This document shows positions 48,880 to 57,296 of a stretch of 64,000 nucleotides of DNA, one piece after another. Every line of letters begins with the position of its first letter. Position 1 is the stretch's first letter. The stretch comes from an uncultured virus (IMG/VR IMGVR_UViG_3300021964_000035). Taxonomy: Duplodnaviria; Heunggongvirae; Uroviricota; Caudoviricetes. The stretch is from the IMG/VR virus record IMGVR_UViG_3300021964_000035. One strand, written 5' to 3'. The notes below the pieces were generated by a model. That model was given only the letters and a program-made list of their open reading frames with translations. It had not been told where the DNA came from and did not search any database. The position numbers and the translations under genes were made by a program.

Positions 48880-49411
48880 GCTCAGTTAGAACAACCCTGC
48901 CCCCTTAAAAGGGGTGGGGAGATAACCTACCCGAAAAGTAATTTCAGTGCACAAAGTACAAAGAAGTTACCTGATTCTTCTGTATTTAGTTACCCACTGA
49001 CGAGATGGGCTAACAGTTAGCGTCGCTTAGCTAGTTGGAACTTGTGCCAGCGTACCTGCATCAGAAGCAGTTACGCGGACAAGGGGTACAGGGACAAGGG
49101 GCACCGCGATAAAAGCGACACCGGCCCTGTATCTTTACAGGAATTGCGTCGGAGTCGCACGCGCTTAGCCAGGCGGGTTGCACCTGTATCGCGTTCGGGG
49201 GATCACTCGCGCCCCTGGGTCCGTGTTCTGGCGACTCAGTTATGTAGAAGTCTCGCCCTCGCGCCCGGCTGCCCGTGCCAACCCGCGCCGCGTGGTGAGA
49301 TCTCAGGTTGTCAAGGTTCGGAATTGCCCTAGCTAACTAGAGCTGAGGTCTGAGGGGAGCGGAGCGGTTGGCCTAAGGCCCAGACCGCAAGGCGCTTTGC
49401 CCTCCGACTCC
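48880..49411 (-). ncRNA. Candidate structured leader/ncRNA
   Basis: No credible ORF; about ten helices found by eye, mostly with G-U pairs only on the minus strand. Confidence 0.55.
49307..49343 (-). promoter_or_regulatory. boxB-like hairpin plus rRNA-type boxA
   Basis: GCTCTAG-TTAG-CTAGGGC, then AATTCC, then GAACCTTGACAAC. Confidence 0.55.
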
Positions 49412-49414
49412 TTA

Positions 49415-49444
49415 ATAAGAACACATAGGTGCGCCCTAAGTCAA
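49415..49444 (-). promoter_or_regulatory. Possible promoter for the leader RNA
   Basis: TTGACT-18 bp-TCTTAT (imperfect -10). Confidence 0.4.
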
Positions 49445-49944
49445 CCCCTGTAACTAGATGAACTTGGTGCGCTGGCTCAGATCCCAGTCTGTGACTGGCT
49501 TCTGCTTGAAAAATATAAATGTAACAGGCTACCCCCCTCCCTGTAGTTATATAAACTGGGTGTAATCCTGTAGTTGATATAATTATATTTAGTAATCACT
49601 ATCTATAAACTTATACCAACCCCGTACCCGGCACCCGCAATTCGCCTTTTTTTTTCTTTTCCTTCCTTACGTCGCCGCCGGCGAGAAGTATTTGGGTTTC
49701 AGCGAGGTATTTTGGGGTGAAACTTTTTCGGGTCATTATGTTGGCATGGGTTTACGAAAAAATTTCGGATTTATTTTTTCGACCCAGAAAGGCTCCTGGT
49801 GCAACTCCAGGTGAATACATGCTCATTAAGAACACGTTCAATGCGAAAAAGTGGGCAATGCTCCGCAGAGAGACGGAGCGAAACGAAATAAACCGACGCC
49901 CGTGGCGACAAAAACGGGGTCCTTACTACTGGGACTAAAGGGAA

Positions 49945-50220
49945 GTGAGCTACAAAGATCCAAAGCTCAAAGCGCAGAGCGACAAATGTGCCGCTCTATG
50001 GCGCGAGTGGAACCGTCTGTACTGGCTTTGGAGGGAAGAGGGCAACAAGATGGAGGGCTCTTGCCCTCTAAAAGTCAGAAACGACGTACTGAAAATGCGG
50101 GAGAGGTGGTGTAAGTGCTGCGATAGGACGGCTCGTATGATCTCGACGGCGGCGAAGAAGCAGGCAAGGCAAAGAGAAATCGCAGAAAGAAGACGCCGAG
50201 GACGGGGACGATCAAAGTAA
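49945..50220 (+). CDS. Basic hypothetical protein
   Basis: GTG start after AGGGA. Confidence 0.45.
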   Translation: MSYKDPKLKAQSDKCAALWREWNRLYWLWREEGNKMEGSCPLKVRNDVLKMRERWCKCCDRTARMISTAAKKQARQREIAERRRRGRGRSK

Positions 50221-50294
50221 CGCCCAGGAATCCGAGCAAAACTTCCTTCCAGACAGGTAGTGAGTGCTTGTTTCGGCGATTAGAGGTGGTCATT

Positions 50295-50669
50295 TCAGAT
50301 GTCCTCCACTTTTACGTAGATTTTTTCGGGGTGTTCGGGGAAATAGTGCAGGGTTGCGGGGCAAAGCCAACCCTTTAGGCACTCGTGAGGCGCTTTAGTC
50401 CGATCTGGGTCGTCCTGTAGGCGATACCAACCACCGCCGTGCTCGAAATCGAACTTTTCAAGGCACCCGTGGCTACCAGGGAAGTTTTCGGCAGCAAAGA
50501 TGACTCGATAGCGCGATTGACCTTGCTTGCAGTTCTTGAAAGCGACTTCATCGATGATTTCGCTCATGCCGAGTACAAACGGCTCGGCGCGTAAGTCAAA
50601 ATTTTGGTCGTCAAAGGCCCAGCAGCCGGCTTGACGGTAAACCTGGAGAGCTTGAATGGCGTTTGCCAC
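50295..50669 (-). CDS. DUF6717-like protein
   Basis: WAFDD..L..EPFVLG...FPG...GGWY...GWLCPATLHYF. Confidence 0.75.
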   Translation of the reverse strand: MANAIQALQVYRQAGCWAFDDQNFDLRAEPFVLGMSEIIDEVAFKNCKQGQSRYRVIFAAENFPGSHGCLEKFDFEHGGGWYRLQDDPDRTKAPHECLKGWLCPATLHYFPEHPEKIYVKVEDI

Positions 50670-50783
50670 GGGTCTGTTGTGATGTGATCTGCACTAAGCG
50701 TACCATGTTCTCCAGAAAGCAGGGTCTGTACGGTTTACCGGCAAAAAAATCGAATTAATATAGATAGGGGAATTCTTAGAGAC

Positions 50784-53700
50784 ATGCCTTCTCGCGATAT
50801 TTTCACTCGCAACAACATCGAGAAGGCGGCAGAAGCAATTCGTCGCGAGTGGCGCAGGGACGACCAGGCTGACAGACGTGTCCGTCAGGCGATGCTGCAG
50901 CAAGGTCTGGACGAAGAAGATCTGGATCTCCGATATCGCTTGCAGGACTACGCGTCACAGGAATTAGACGAGTACGGGGATCCCATTGATCCGGACGATT
51001 TAACCGAAGCTCAACTTCGCGAGTACGCAACGCCAGCGGAGTTTCAACGTGATATCCCGTTCCGTGGGTTTGATGTAGACCCTGACGACGAGAGCTACGT
51101 CGGCTATCGCTTAGCTAGCCAGAATCCCGAGGTTCTCGAGCTGATGCGTCAGCAAAGAGCTCCTTTAGATAGCGACGCCAAGCGAGCCTCTCAGAATCGA
51201 CTGTTCGAAGATATTCGAGCAGGTCGGGTTAATAGGCAGGACTTACGAGCAATTGCGGATTTGTCGGGGGCGAGCACTCTTTTATCCGAGAACGCCGGTG
51301 ATGATGCCGCTTACGAAGCTGCCAGTTTTATTGAGCAGCAGCGGACTGGAAACCCCCAGGCTCAAATCGGTTTCGATCTAGACGACACTGTCGAAAGTTC
51401 ACTCGAAGAAGCGAGCCGTTTCATTACTCGTCCAATGCGGGCGGCCGATGAAGTTGCAGCTGGCCAAAGACGACTGGGTCAAAACATCAACGCAGCCCGA
51501 GGCGCTGTAGCCAGAAGCAGCAATGTACTTGCTGAGGAATTTGGTCAACGAATCAATCGACTGGAAGCAGAAGGTCTTGGATTAAGTGAACCCCAGACGC
51601 TTGAGGGCGCTGAGCGGAACGCCCGGCGACTAAGGGAAATAACTGAGAGCTTGCAGAATATCGAGCGTTTAGCCTCTACCGACGCCACCCCTGCTGCTGG
51701 AAGTGATATTGATGAGCGCACTGCAATTAGAAATCGAATCCTTCCCCAGGTTCAGGAAGCCCTTGGCGAGCGTGGCACGACTCGAGCTGTTGAGGAGGTG
51801 CTCCGCCAACAACGTGCTGAGAGAAATCTCGCTAGTCAGCAACAGCGTTTAGCGGCTGATGCGCTTCGCTCAGGTCCCATCTCTCAACAGCTGGAGACGT
51901 TGGATGCGCAGTTCCGCCGTCCGATGAGCCCTCGGATTGTTGATGAACTCGAAGTTATTGACCGAGGGGTGTCGCAGTCTGGTATTCCCGGACTTTGGGA
52001 ACAGGTAGAGATCGCACGTCAGGACACTGTCGAGCGTCAAACCGAAGGAGCTCGACGAGATATCGATCGACTGCTGGACCAGTACCCCGAAGTTCGCCAA
52101 GTTTTCGAGGCATCTCCTAAATCAGACACACGTCCCCGCGCACGTGGTGGTGAGTCATCAAAGGCTTTCCGCCAATATATGGACTTTGCGCAGCAGTATG
52201 CGTCGCCTGAGGATCGTGCCGCTACTTACAACGCCGCGCTGGATCTATACCCAGCTGAGACGAAAGGGGAAATTGCTAAGCAGCTGCAGCGGATTGAATC
52301 TGACTACACAAGCGGAAATACTGCATTACAACGTGACGCTGTTGATCAGCTTTTAGCGTTGGGCGGTGATCTACCGGAGTCTGAAACTCCTGCGATTTCG
52401 CCACGTCGACCCGTCATTGGTGGCGGTCGTTATGTCTCGAGGGAAGACATCGAGCAAAATCCTGAGCTGAAGCGCCTTGTGGATCGGATCGACACGAGGG
52501 CGAAAGACATCAACCAAGCTTTAAGTCAGTTCGATCGGACAACTCTCCGTCAGTTGTTCCCAGATCAAGTTGGTTCCCTGCTCTCGTTCCCGAAGCTGGG
52601 TCTTGCTTACGACGAAAGCACGGGTCAAGTAACTGAAGTTGATCCCACGGACCGCAACGCTTACCGCGTGGAAGTCATGGGAGCCTCTCGAGGAGGTACT
52701 CCTCAGATTCAGGGCACGGAAGAGCTTTTCCAAGGTAGAAGTGCCAGGGTTTCGGAGAACGCTCTACGTTTTCTTGCCGATAATCCCGTCCTCAGGCAGA
52801 GCAGCGTCTCGTTCAAGACCGGAATACCCGGTTACGGCGTCGATTACCAAGCTGAAGCTGCCCTTCCCAAGCCGGTTAGCGACGTTTTCACGAGTTTTAT
52901 TCAGCGAGAAGCACTCAAAGGTGCAAAACCGGGCACGCTGGTCGCTAATTCGCCCCTTTCTTCAGGCGATTTGATCGACGCACGTATCAGGCAGGGTGAA
53001 ACGGAAGCAACGAGTTCGATTCTTCGCCGTCTGATGCCTTTCAGCCGTGAGGCACAAACTCTTCCCAACCTGCGCGGTGTCGCTTATCAATCTGCAGGCT
53101 TCGGTCCAACGGATATTGGAGGCGCACAGTACACCTTCATTAGTCCTGAGGGTGAAGCAATCCCCGTTCAGTTCCGTCAAAGCGAAGTTGGCCTCCGAGG
53201 AAAGGTCAAGGTGGACCCCGATGGAGCTTACGTGAGCCAAGGAGCTCTTCCCGCTAGCTCGCCACGCTACTTCTCGACCGTTGTGCCCGGTCTGGATCAA
53301 GCCACCTTGTCCCGCGTTGCTAAAAACATCCGCCGTACCCCCGCATCCCTCCTTCCTGGTGCCGCTGACCTGATCCCTTCAGCCGAAGCGGTCCGCCGTG
53401 GCTATCAAGAAGGGCCTCAAGCCCTAGCTGAACAGGTCGGACGTGACTTCGTTTCTGGCCTTCCCGTTGGAGCAGCGTCTGCAGTTGTGCTTTCCACGCC
53501 TCTAGTTGCACCGTTAGCACCTGGTATCGGCGGCGGATTGGTTCTGACCGCAGCTGGCGAGGCAGCAAACGAAGCGATCAAGCAGCAAACCGGCGAAGGC
53601 ATTGTCCCTAAGGTTCGTCAGTTCCTTGGAACCAGGGAGCGTACCGGCGTGGCTGACGAAGGAAAGACGCGTAAACCGCGTGAAGCTGTCACTCCTCAGA

Positions 53701-53828
53701 TCGTCGCGAATACCGACCAGCGCAATCCTCTGCTTCGCGAGGTGCAGAATCGCATTGGTTTAGCTCGCGAGCGTTTCAACCCCGCCAAAGGTGAGTTTGG
53801 TCTGTCCGAATTCCTATTTAACCGATGA
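50784..53828 (+). CDS. Large Cys-free 1014-aa protein, probable internal virion protein
   Basis: Charged helical body with a hydrophobic Gly/Ala C-terminal segment. Confidence 0.7.
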   Translation: MPSRDIFTRNNIEKAAEAIRREWRRDDQADRRVRQAMLQQGLDEEDLDLRYRLQDYASQELDEYGDPIDPDDLTEAQLREYATPAEFQRDIPFRGFDVDPDDESYVGYRLASQNPEVLELMRQQRAPLDSDAKRASQNRLFEDIRAGRVNRQDLRAIADLSGASTLLSENAGDDAAYEAASFIEQQRTGNPQAQIGFDLDDTVESSLEEASRFITRPMRAADEVAAGQRRLGQNINAARGAVARSSNVLAEEFGQRINRLEAEGLGLSEPQTLEGAERNARRLREITESLQNIERLASTDATPAAGSDIDERTAIRNRILPQVQEALGERGTTRAVEEVLRQQRAERNLASQQQRLAADALRSGPISQQLETLDAQFRRPMSPRIVDELEVIDRGVSQSGIPGLWEQVEIARQDTVERQTEGARRDIDRLLDQYPEVRQVFEASPKSDTRPRARGGESSKAFRQYMDFAQQYASPEDRAATYNAALDLYPAETKGEIAKQLQRIESDYTSGNTALQRDAVDQLLALGGDLPESETPAISPRRPVIGGGRYVSREDIEQNPELKRLVDRIDTRAKDINQALSQFDRTTLRQLFPDQVGSLLSFPKLGLAYDESTGQVTEVDPTDRNAYRVEVMGASRGGTPQIQGTEELFQGRSARVSENALRFLADNPVLRQSSVSFKTGIPGYGVDYQAEAALPKPVSDVFTSFIQREALKGAKPGTLVANSPLSSGDLIDARIRQGETEATSSILRRLMPFSREAQTLPNLRGVAYQSAGFGPTDIGGAQYTFISPEGEAIPVQFRQSEVGLRGKVKVDPDGAYVSQGALPASSPRYFSTVVPGLDQATLSRVAKNIRRTPASLLPGAADLIPSAEAVRRGYQEGPQALAEQVGRDFVSGLPVGAASAVVLSTPLVAPLAPGIGGGLVLTAAGEAANEAIKQQTGEGIVPKVRQFLGTRERTGVADEGKTRKPREAVTPQIVANTDQRNPLLREVQNRIGLARERFNPAKGEFGLSEFLFNR

Positions 53829-54580
53829 ACGATTACGCGAAGAAAATGATTCAGAAAGACCCTATGATGTATGTAAATGCCAATGGCGTACGCCCTTTAC
53901 CTCGCGAAATGATGGGTAACGAGTTCGAACAATCCGGTCGTTACGGTCGCGTCATTACGCGTACCCCCGCCACAAGCTTCGACATGGGCATGCCCGGTGT
54001 GGGCGGCACCTATGACTCTGAACTCTTCCGCAAGATGATGGAAGAGAAGATGCGCGGTCAGCAGTCCGAAATGGACCAAATGATGCGCAGCCGGGGTCAG
54101 GAAGCTATCCAGCAGCAGCGTGATGCTTTTGCTGAGCAAGCTGCACGTCAGGCTGAAGAAGCCATGCGCGAAGGCGAAGGCGGTCCCGGTAAGGACGGCG
54201 TTGAAATGCATTCCGGTGGCGGCCACATGAGGCAAGGGTCCGGCATGGGCATGGGCATGCCTCGCATGGAGCGTCGGGAAGGTGGTCCCGGCGGCATCGA
54301 TATCAGTGGCTTAAGCGCTTACGAAACCGCAGACGATCAGCCCACGATGGCTGATTTCGCCGAGGAGAAAAAAGGCTTCTCCGCGAAAGATCTCCAGGGT
54401 CTCCTCGCAAGCGCAGGCAAAGGCTTAGAAGGAATCGCCAAAGGAGTCGCTGCTGCTCGTGGCGAAGAAGCTCCCTCCGATCGCGGTAGCTCCAACCTGC
54501 CCGACATGGACATGGGCGAAGGTGAAGGCAGCCTGGGTCAGAAGTTCATGGCTCAGTATCTTGCCTCTATCATGGGCTGA
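53825..54580 (+). CDS. Met/Gly-rich hypothetical protein
   Basis: ATGA coupling; motif shared with 1189. Confidence 0.7.
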   Translation: MNDYAKKMIQKDPMMYVNANGVRPLPREMMGNEFEQSGRYGRVITRTPATSFDMGMPGVGGTYDSELFRKMMEEKMRGQQSEMDQMMRSRGQEAIQQQRDAFAEQAARQAEEAMREGEGGPGKDGVEMHSGGGHMRQGSGMGMGMPRMERREGGPGGIDISGLSAYETADDQPTMADFAEEKKGFSAKDLQGLLASAGKGLEGIAKGVAAARGEEAPSDRGSSNLPDMDMGEGEGSLGQKFMAQYLASIMG

Positions 54581-54585
54581 TTCCC

Positions 54586-54717
54586 ATGAGCAGAATGAAG
54601 AAGTCCCCGACTGCCGAGCACATCGTCAGCCGTCCCAAAAAGACTCGCCAAGGTCAGGGAACTCGAAGCAAGGCAAATCACGGACGTAAAAAGCTCCGTG
54701 GCCAAGGCCGAGGCTGA
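54586..54717 (+). CDS. 43-aa basic cyanophage-type peptide
   Basis: PKKTRQGQG...KKLRGQGR. Confidence 0.7.
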   Translation: MSRMKKSPTAEHIVSRPKKTRQGQGTRSKANHGRKKLRGQGRG

Positions 54718-54722
54718 GACAT

Positions 54723-54757
54723 AAAAAAGACCCCTCCAATCGGAGGGGCTTTCTTTT
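54723..54757. terminator. Bidirectional intrinsic terminator
   Basis: A6-GA-CCCCTCC-AATC-GGAGGGG-CTTTCTTTT between convergent genes. Confidence 0.85.
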
Positions 54758-54765
54758 GCTTTGAA

Positions 54766-55164
54766 TCAGGCGGCAGTTGCAGTCAAGCGATACTCACTTC
54801 CACTGCGTCCTTTGCGGAAGACGTAGATCGAAGCGGTTTCGGCGCTGCTGACAGAGTAGGTAACTTCTGCGGACGTCCGGCGAGAGGTCTTAGGAGCATC
54901 GACTTCACCAGCCAGGGTGCCGTCAGACTTGTAGACAGCCACGCCGCGAATACCAAAAGCTTCTGCGTTGATCGTGATAGTCGCAGTGCCTGTGGTGCCG
55001 TAGGTGACTTCGTAGACGTCGGCCAGCTCATAAGATCCGTCGCCTGCGAATTCGCGGTAGCTATCGACAGTGACGTTAGAACCGTCTTGGGTGCGGAACT
55101 GACCAAAGCGAGTGATACCGGCTGGAGCCGCACCTAACTCGCGGTTGAAAGTAGCTTCAGCCAT
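54766..55164 (-). CDS. Putative Ig/PPC-like virion decoration protein
   Basis: beta-rich DVYEV...ASIYV...EYRLT. Confidence 0.6.
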   Translation of the reverse strand: MAEATFNRELGAAPAGITRFGQFRTQDGSNVTVDSYREFAGDGSYELADVYEVTYGTTGTATITINAEAFGIRGVAVYKSDGTLAGEVDAPKTSRRTSAEVTYSVSSAETASIYVFRKGRSGSEYRLTATAA

Positions 55165-55275
55165 TTTGGGCTTGTAAGGATATATCTATTTTAAACAAGG
55201 GGGCCACAATTTAATCTCAGCTTATTTGGGTTTAGCGCAGAAGATAGTTAATATAAAAACAGCTTTGTTATTCCA

Positions 55276-55425
55276 ATGCTCGAGCATATCCTTAGCGGCC
55301 CCGCTCTTTGGATCGTCGTTGCAGCTGCTTCTGAGCTGATTGCACTGAACCCCAAACTGAAGAGCAATAGCGTTATTCAGCTGGTCTTCCAGATTCTGAA
55401 TGTCCTTAAGGCAAAAAAGCGCTAG
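55276..55425 (+). CDS. 49-aa holin-like membrane peptide (0 frame)
   Basis: ALWIVVAAASELIALNPKLKSNSVIQLVFQILNVLKAKKR, translated by hand. Confidence 0.65.
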   Translation: MLEHILSGPALWIVVAAASELIALNPKLKSNSVIQLVFQILNVLKAKKR

Positions 55426-55450
55426 GCCTACCGGCTGACGCCCGGTGGCT
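55413..55450 (+). promoter_or_regulatory. Candidate -1 programmed ribosomal frameshift signal
   Basis: In-phase A_AAA_AAG, 5-nt spacer, then a GC-rich hairpin. Confidence 0.7.
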
Positions 55451-55673
55451 GTATAAATTTTCAACCCGCTCGAACTTCGACAAGCTCCAGCGGATGATTC
55501 AGGACCGCAAGTTTCAGGCCACTCTGAAACCCAAGGTGGATCGCGCTATTGAGGAATGGCACGATACGCAGCCGCCGGACTTCCCACGCCCTATTGTCGA
55601 CCTAGACAATTTGCAGATCAAAGCCCCTTGGTCTGTAGACAAAGACCCCAAAAGTCCCGATGGACAATCTTGA
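55416..55673 (+). CDS. -1 frame extension of the holin-like gene (fusion about 132 aa)
   Basis: Open for 85 codons: KALGLPADARWLYKFSTRS...QDRKFQATLKPKVDRAIEEWHDTQP...IKAPW. Confidence 0.6.
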   Translation, partial: KALGLPADARWLYKFSTRSNFDKLQRMIQDRKFQATLKPKVDRAIEEWHDTQPPDFPRPIVDLDNLQIKAPWSVDKDPKSPDGQS

Positions 55674-55830
55674 CGTCGAGGTTCTCGACACCGAGCTCAT
55701 TCGTGTGTGCTTAACGGAAGACGGTATAACTGAGTGTTGCTTTGTGACCAGTTTCCATCTGGTACAAGAAAAGGAAAGTCAGCTCAGACGTGCCATCATT
55801 AGGACAGCCGAAGAGACCCTCTGTGGTTGA
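55660..55830 (+). CDS. 56-aa cyanophage-type protein
   Basis: IRVCLTEDGITECCFVTSFHLV. Confidence 0.6.
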   Translation: MDNLDVEVLDTELIRVCLTEDGITECCFVTSFHLVQEKESQLRRAIIRTAEETLCG

Positions 55831-55931
55831 TGAACCGCTTCCCTTCGAAGACGAAGACCCTGGTTTCACTGAGGAAGAAGAGGAACTCCTCGATCTAGCT
55901 CTCAAGAACCTCGGAACATTCTTGACTGAGC

Positions 55932-56570
55932 ATGAATATCAAGATCCCGAGTGGGCTGAACCAGACTTCAAGGACGCCGAGCTACCCGAGCCTGACGGCT
56001 CCCCAAGTTACTGAGATCCCTCAGGTTGCAATACCTGAACCTTTAAATATCCCAACTCCCTATCTGAACATCCCTAAGCCGGATGTTCCGTCATATCGCC
56101 CTCTCCAGCTTTATGGCACGCCTGTTCCTCCTGGTATTCCACGACCTCCAAAGGCACAGGCCCCGAAACCCCCCGAGTCGAAAGAACAGCCTGCCCCGCC
56201 ACGGCCAGCATTAGTAACCCCACAAACGCCCCGAATACCAGCGCCATCTTCGTCGGAGGAACCTCAGGACGGTTTTCAGTCAAAGGAGGTGACCACGATT
56301 GAATTACCGATCGTCAATATAAAGGTTCCGGTCCCCCGCAAGGAAGTTGTTGTTACCGCAGCCACAACAAGTGTGATCAGCGTGGGCGCGGCTTTACTAG
56401 GAACCAGTATTTTTAAAAGACTGGTTACAGCTTTTAAGCCTGCTTTTAAGGCTCTGGCGAAGAAGATTCGGAAGCTTCGGGGGAAACCGACTCAGTCTTG
56501 GGCACGAGAGCGGCTACAGGGACGATATCAGCGCATAAAAAATGGAACTGTGAGTCTGGATGGAAAGTAA
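55932..56570 (+). CDS. Proline-rich membrane protein
   Basis: Pro-rich N-terminus, TM helix VVVTAATTSVISVGAALLG, basic tail. Confidence 0.7.
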   Translation: MNIKIPSGLNQTSRTPSYPSLTAPQVTEIPQVAIPEPLNIPTPYLNIPKPDVPSYRPLQLYGTPVPPGIPRPPKAQAPKPPESKEQPAPPRPALVTPQTPRIPAPSSSEEPQDGFQSKEVTTIELPIVNIKVPVPRKEVVVTAATTSVISVGAALLGTSIFKRLVTAFKPAFKALAKKIRKLRGKPTQSWARERLQGRYQRIKNGTVSLDGK

Positions 56571-56976
56571 AACCTTTGCTTTGAAGTTCAGCACATCTCA
56601 GTGCTCTGGCTATTTCGTAATTCAATTGTTCCCGCCTAACTTTTGCACGCCCTAGAGCCTTACAGAGCTCGACCATTCCGCCGTCCAAAGGCACGGATAG
56701 GGTCACTTGTGCCCCAAAGTTAGAGTTACGCACATAGTGTTTCTTCTGGTGTACGTCGTTTCCTAGGTAGAAGGGAGTTAATACCAGCGTCGAAGAATTG
56801 CATTGGTGCCCCGCACCAAAACCCTGCGTGGAATAACCCCCTTGATTTATTTGTACGGCTTGATTATTTACTGATCCACTTGAAGTAGCTACAGGATTAG
56901 CTATAGCTGTTGTCTCTGCGTTGGCTTTTAGGCCAAAGGTTATTGCGAGAAGACCGATAAGGAGTTGGTAGTAGAT
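56446..56976 (-). CDS. Secreted Cys-containing cyanophage-type protein (start uncertain)
   Basis: Signal peptide IYYQLLIGLLAITFGLKANA; ANPVATSSGSVNNQAVQI. Confidence 0.7.
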   Translation of the reverse strand: MYYQLLIGLLAITFGLKANAETTAIANPVATSSGSVNNQAVQINQGGYSTQGFGAGHQCNSSTLVLTPFYLGNDVHQKKHYVRNSNFGAQVTLSVPLDGGMVELCKALGRAKVRREQLNYEIARALRCAELQSKGFTFHPDSQFHFLCADIVPVAALVPKTESVSPEASESSSPEP

Positions 56977-57296
56977 TCGATATCGATGGTCCGATCGATT
57001 GTCGTTTCTTCCATCAGGTCGGTTGCACTGCGGGTGATGGTTTCGTACTGAAACTCCGCCCCGTCCGTCGTTAAGGAATAAGTGGTCCCGCTGGCTCCGA
57101 TAGCTCCTGAAGGGGTTAAGTTGTCCCCACTGACGTAGGAGTAAGCGCCACCATATTTTTTGATCGTGACGGTTTCGTCGATCGTGGTTGTTGTAGTGGT
57201 CGTTGAAGTCATCGACCCTGAAGTGAAGTTGGGTGTGACATTCTGAGCACTGGCCGGCTCTGCTAAGAGCATTAATAAAAGAACGAGCCATCTCAT
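56940..57296 (-). CDS. Secreted Thr-rich cyanophage-type protein
   Basis: Signal peptide ending ASA; VTPNFTSGSMTSTTTTT; SLSVFSQ. Confidence 0.75.
   Translation of the reverse strand: MRWLVLLLMLLAEPASAQNVTPNFTSGSMTSTTTTTTTIDETVTIKKYGGAYSYVSGDNLTPSGAIGASGTTYSLTTDGAEFQYETITRSATDLMEETTIDRTIDIESTTNSLSVFSQ

Noticed and set aside
49309..49314. TTGACA as a -35 element
   Set aside because: No -10 at the proper spacing; the context matches boxA instead.
49042..49332. 96-aa plus-strand ORF
   Set aside because: TTG start, no RBS, unnatural composition; the region is better explained as structured RNA.
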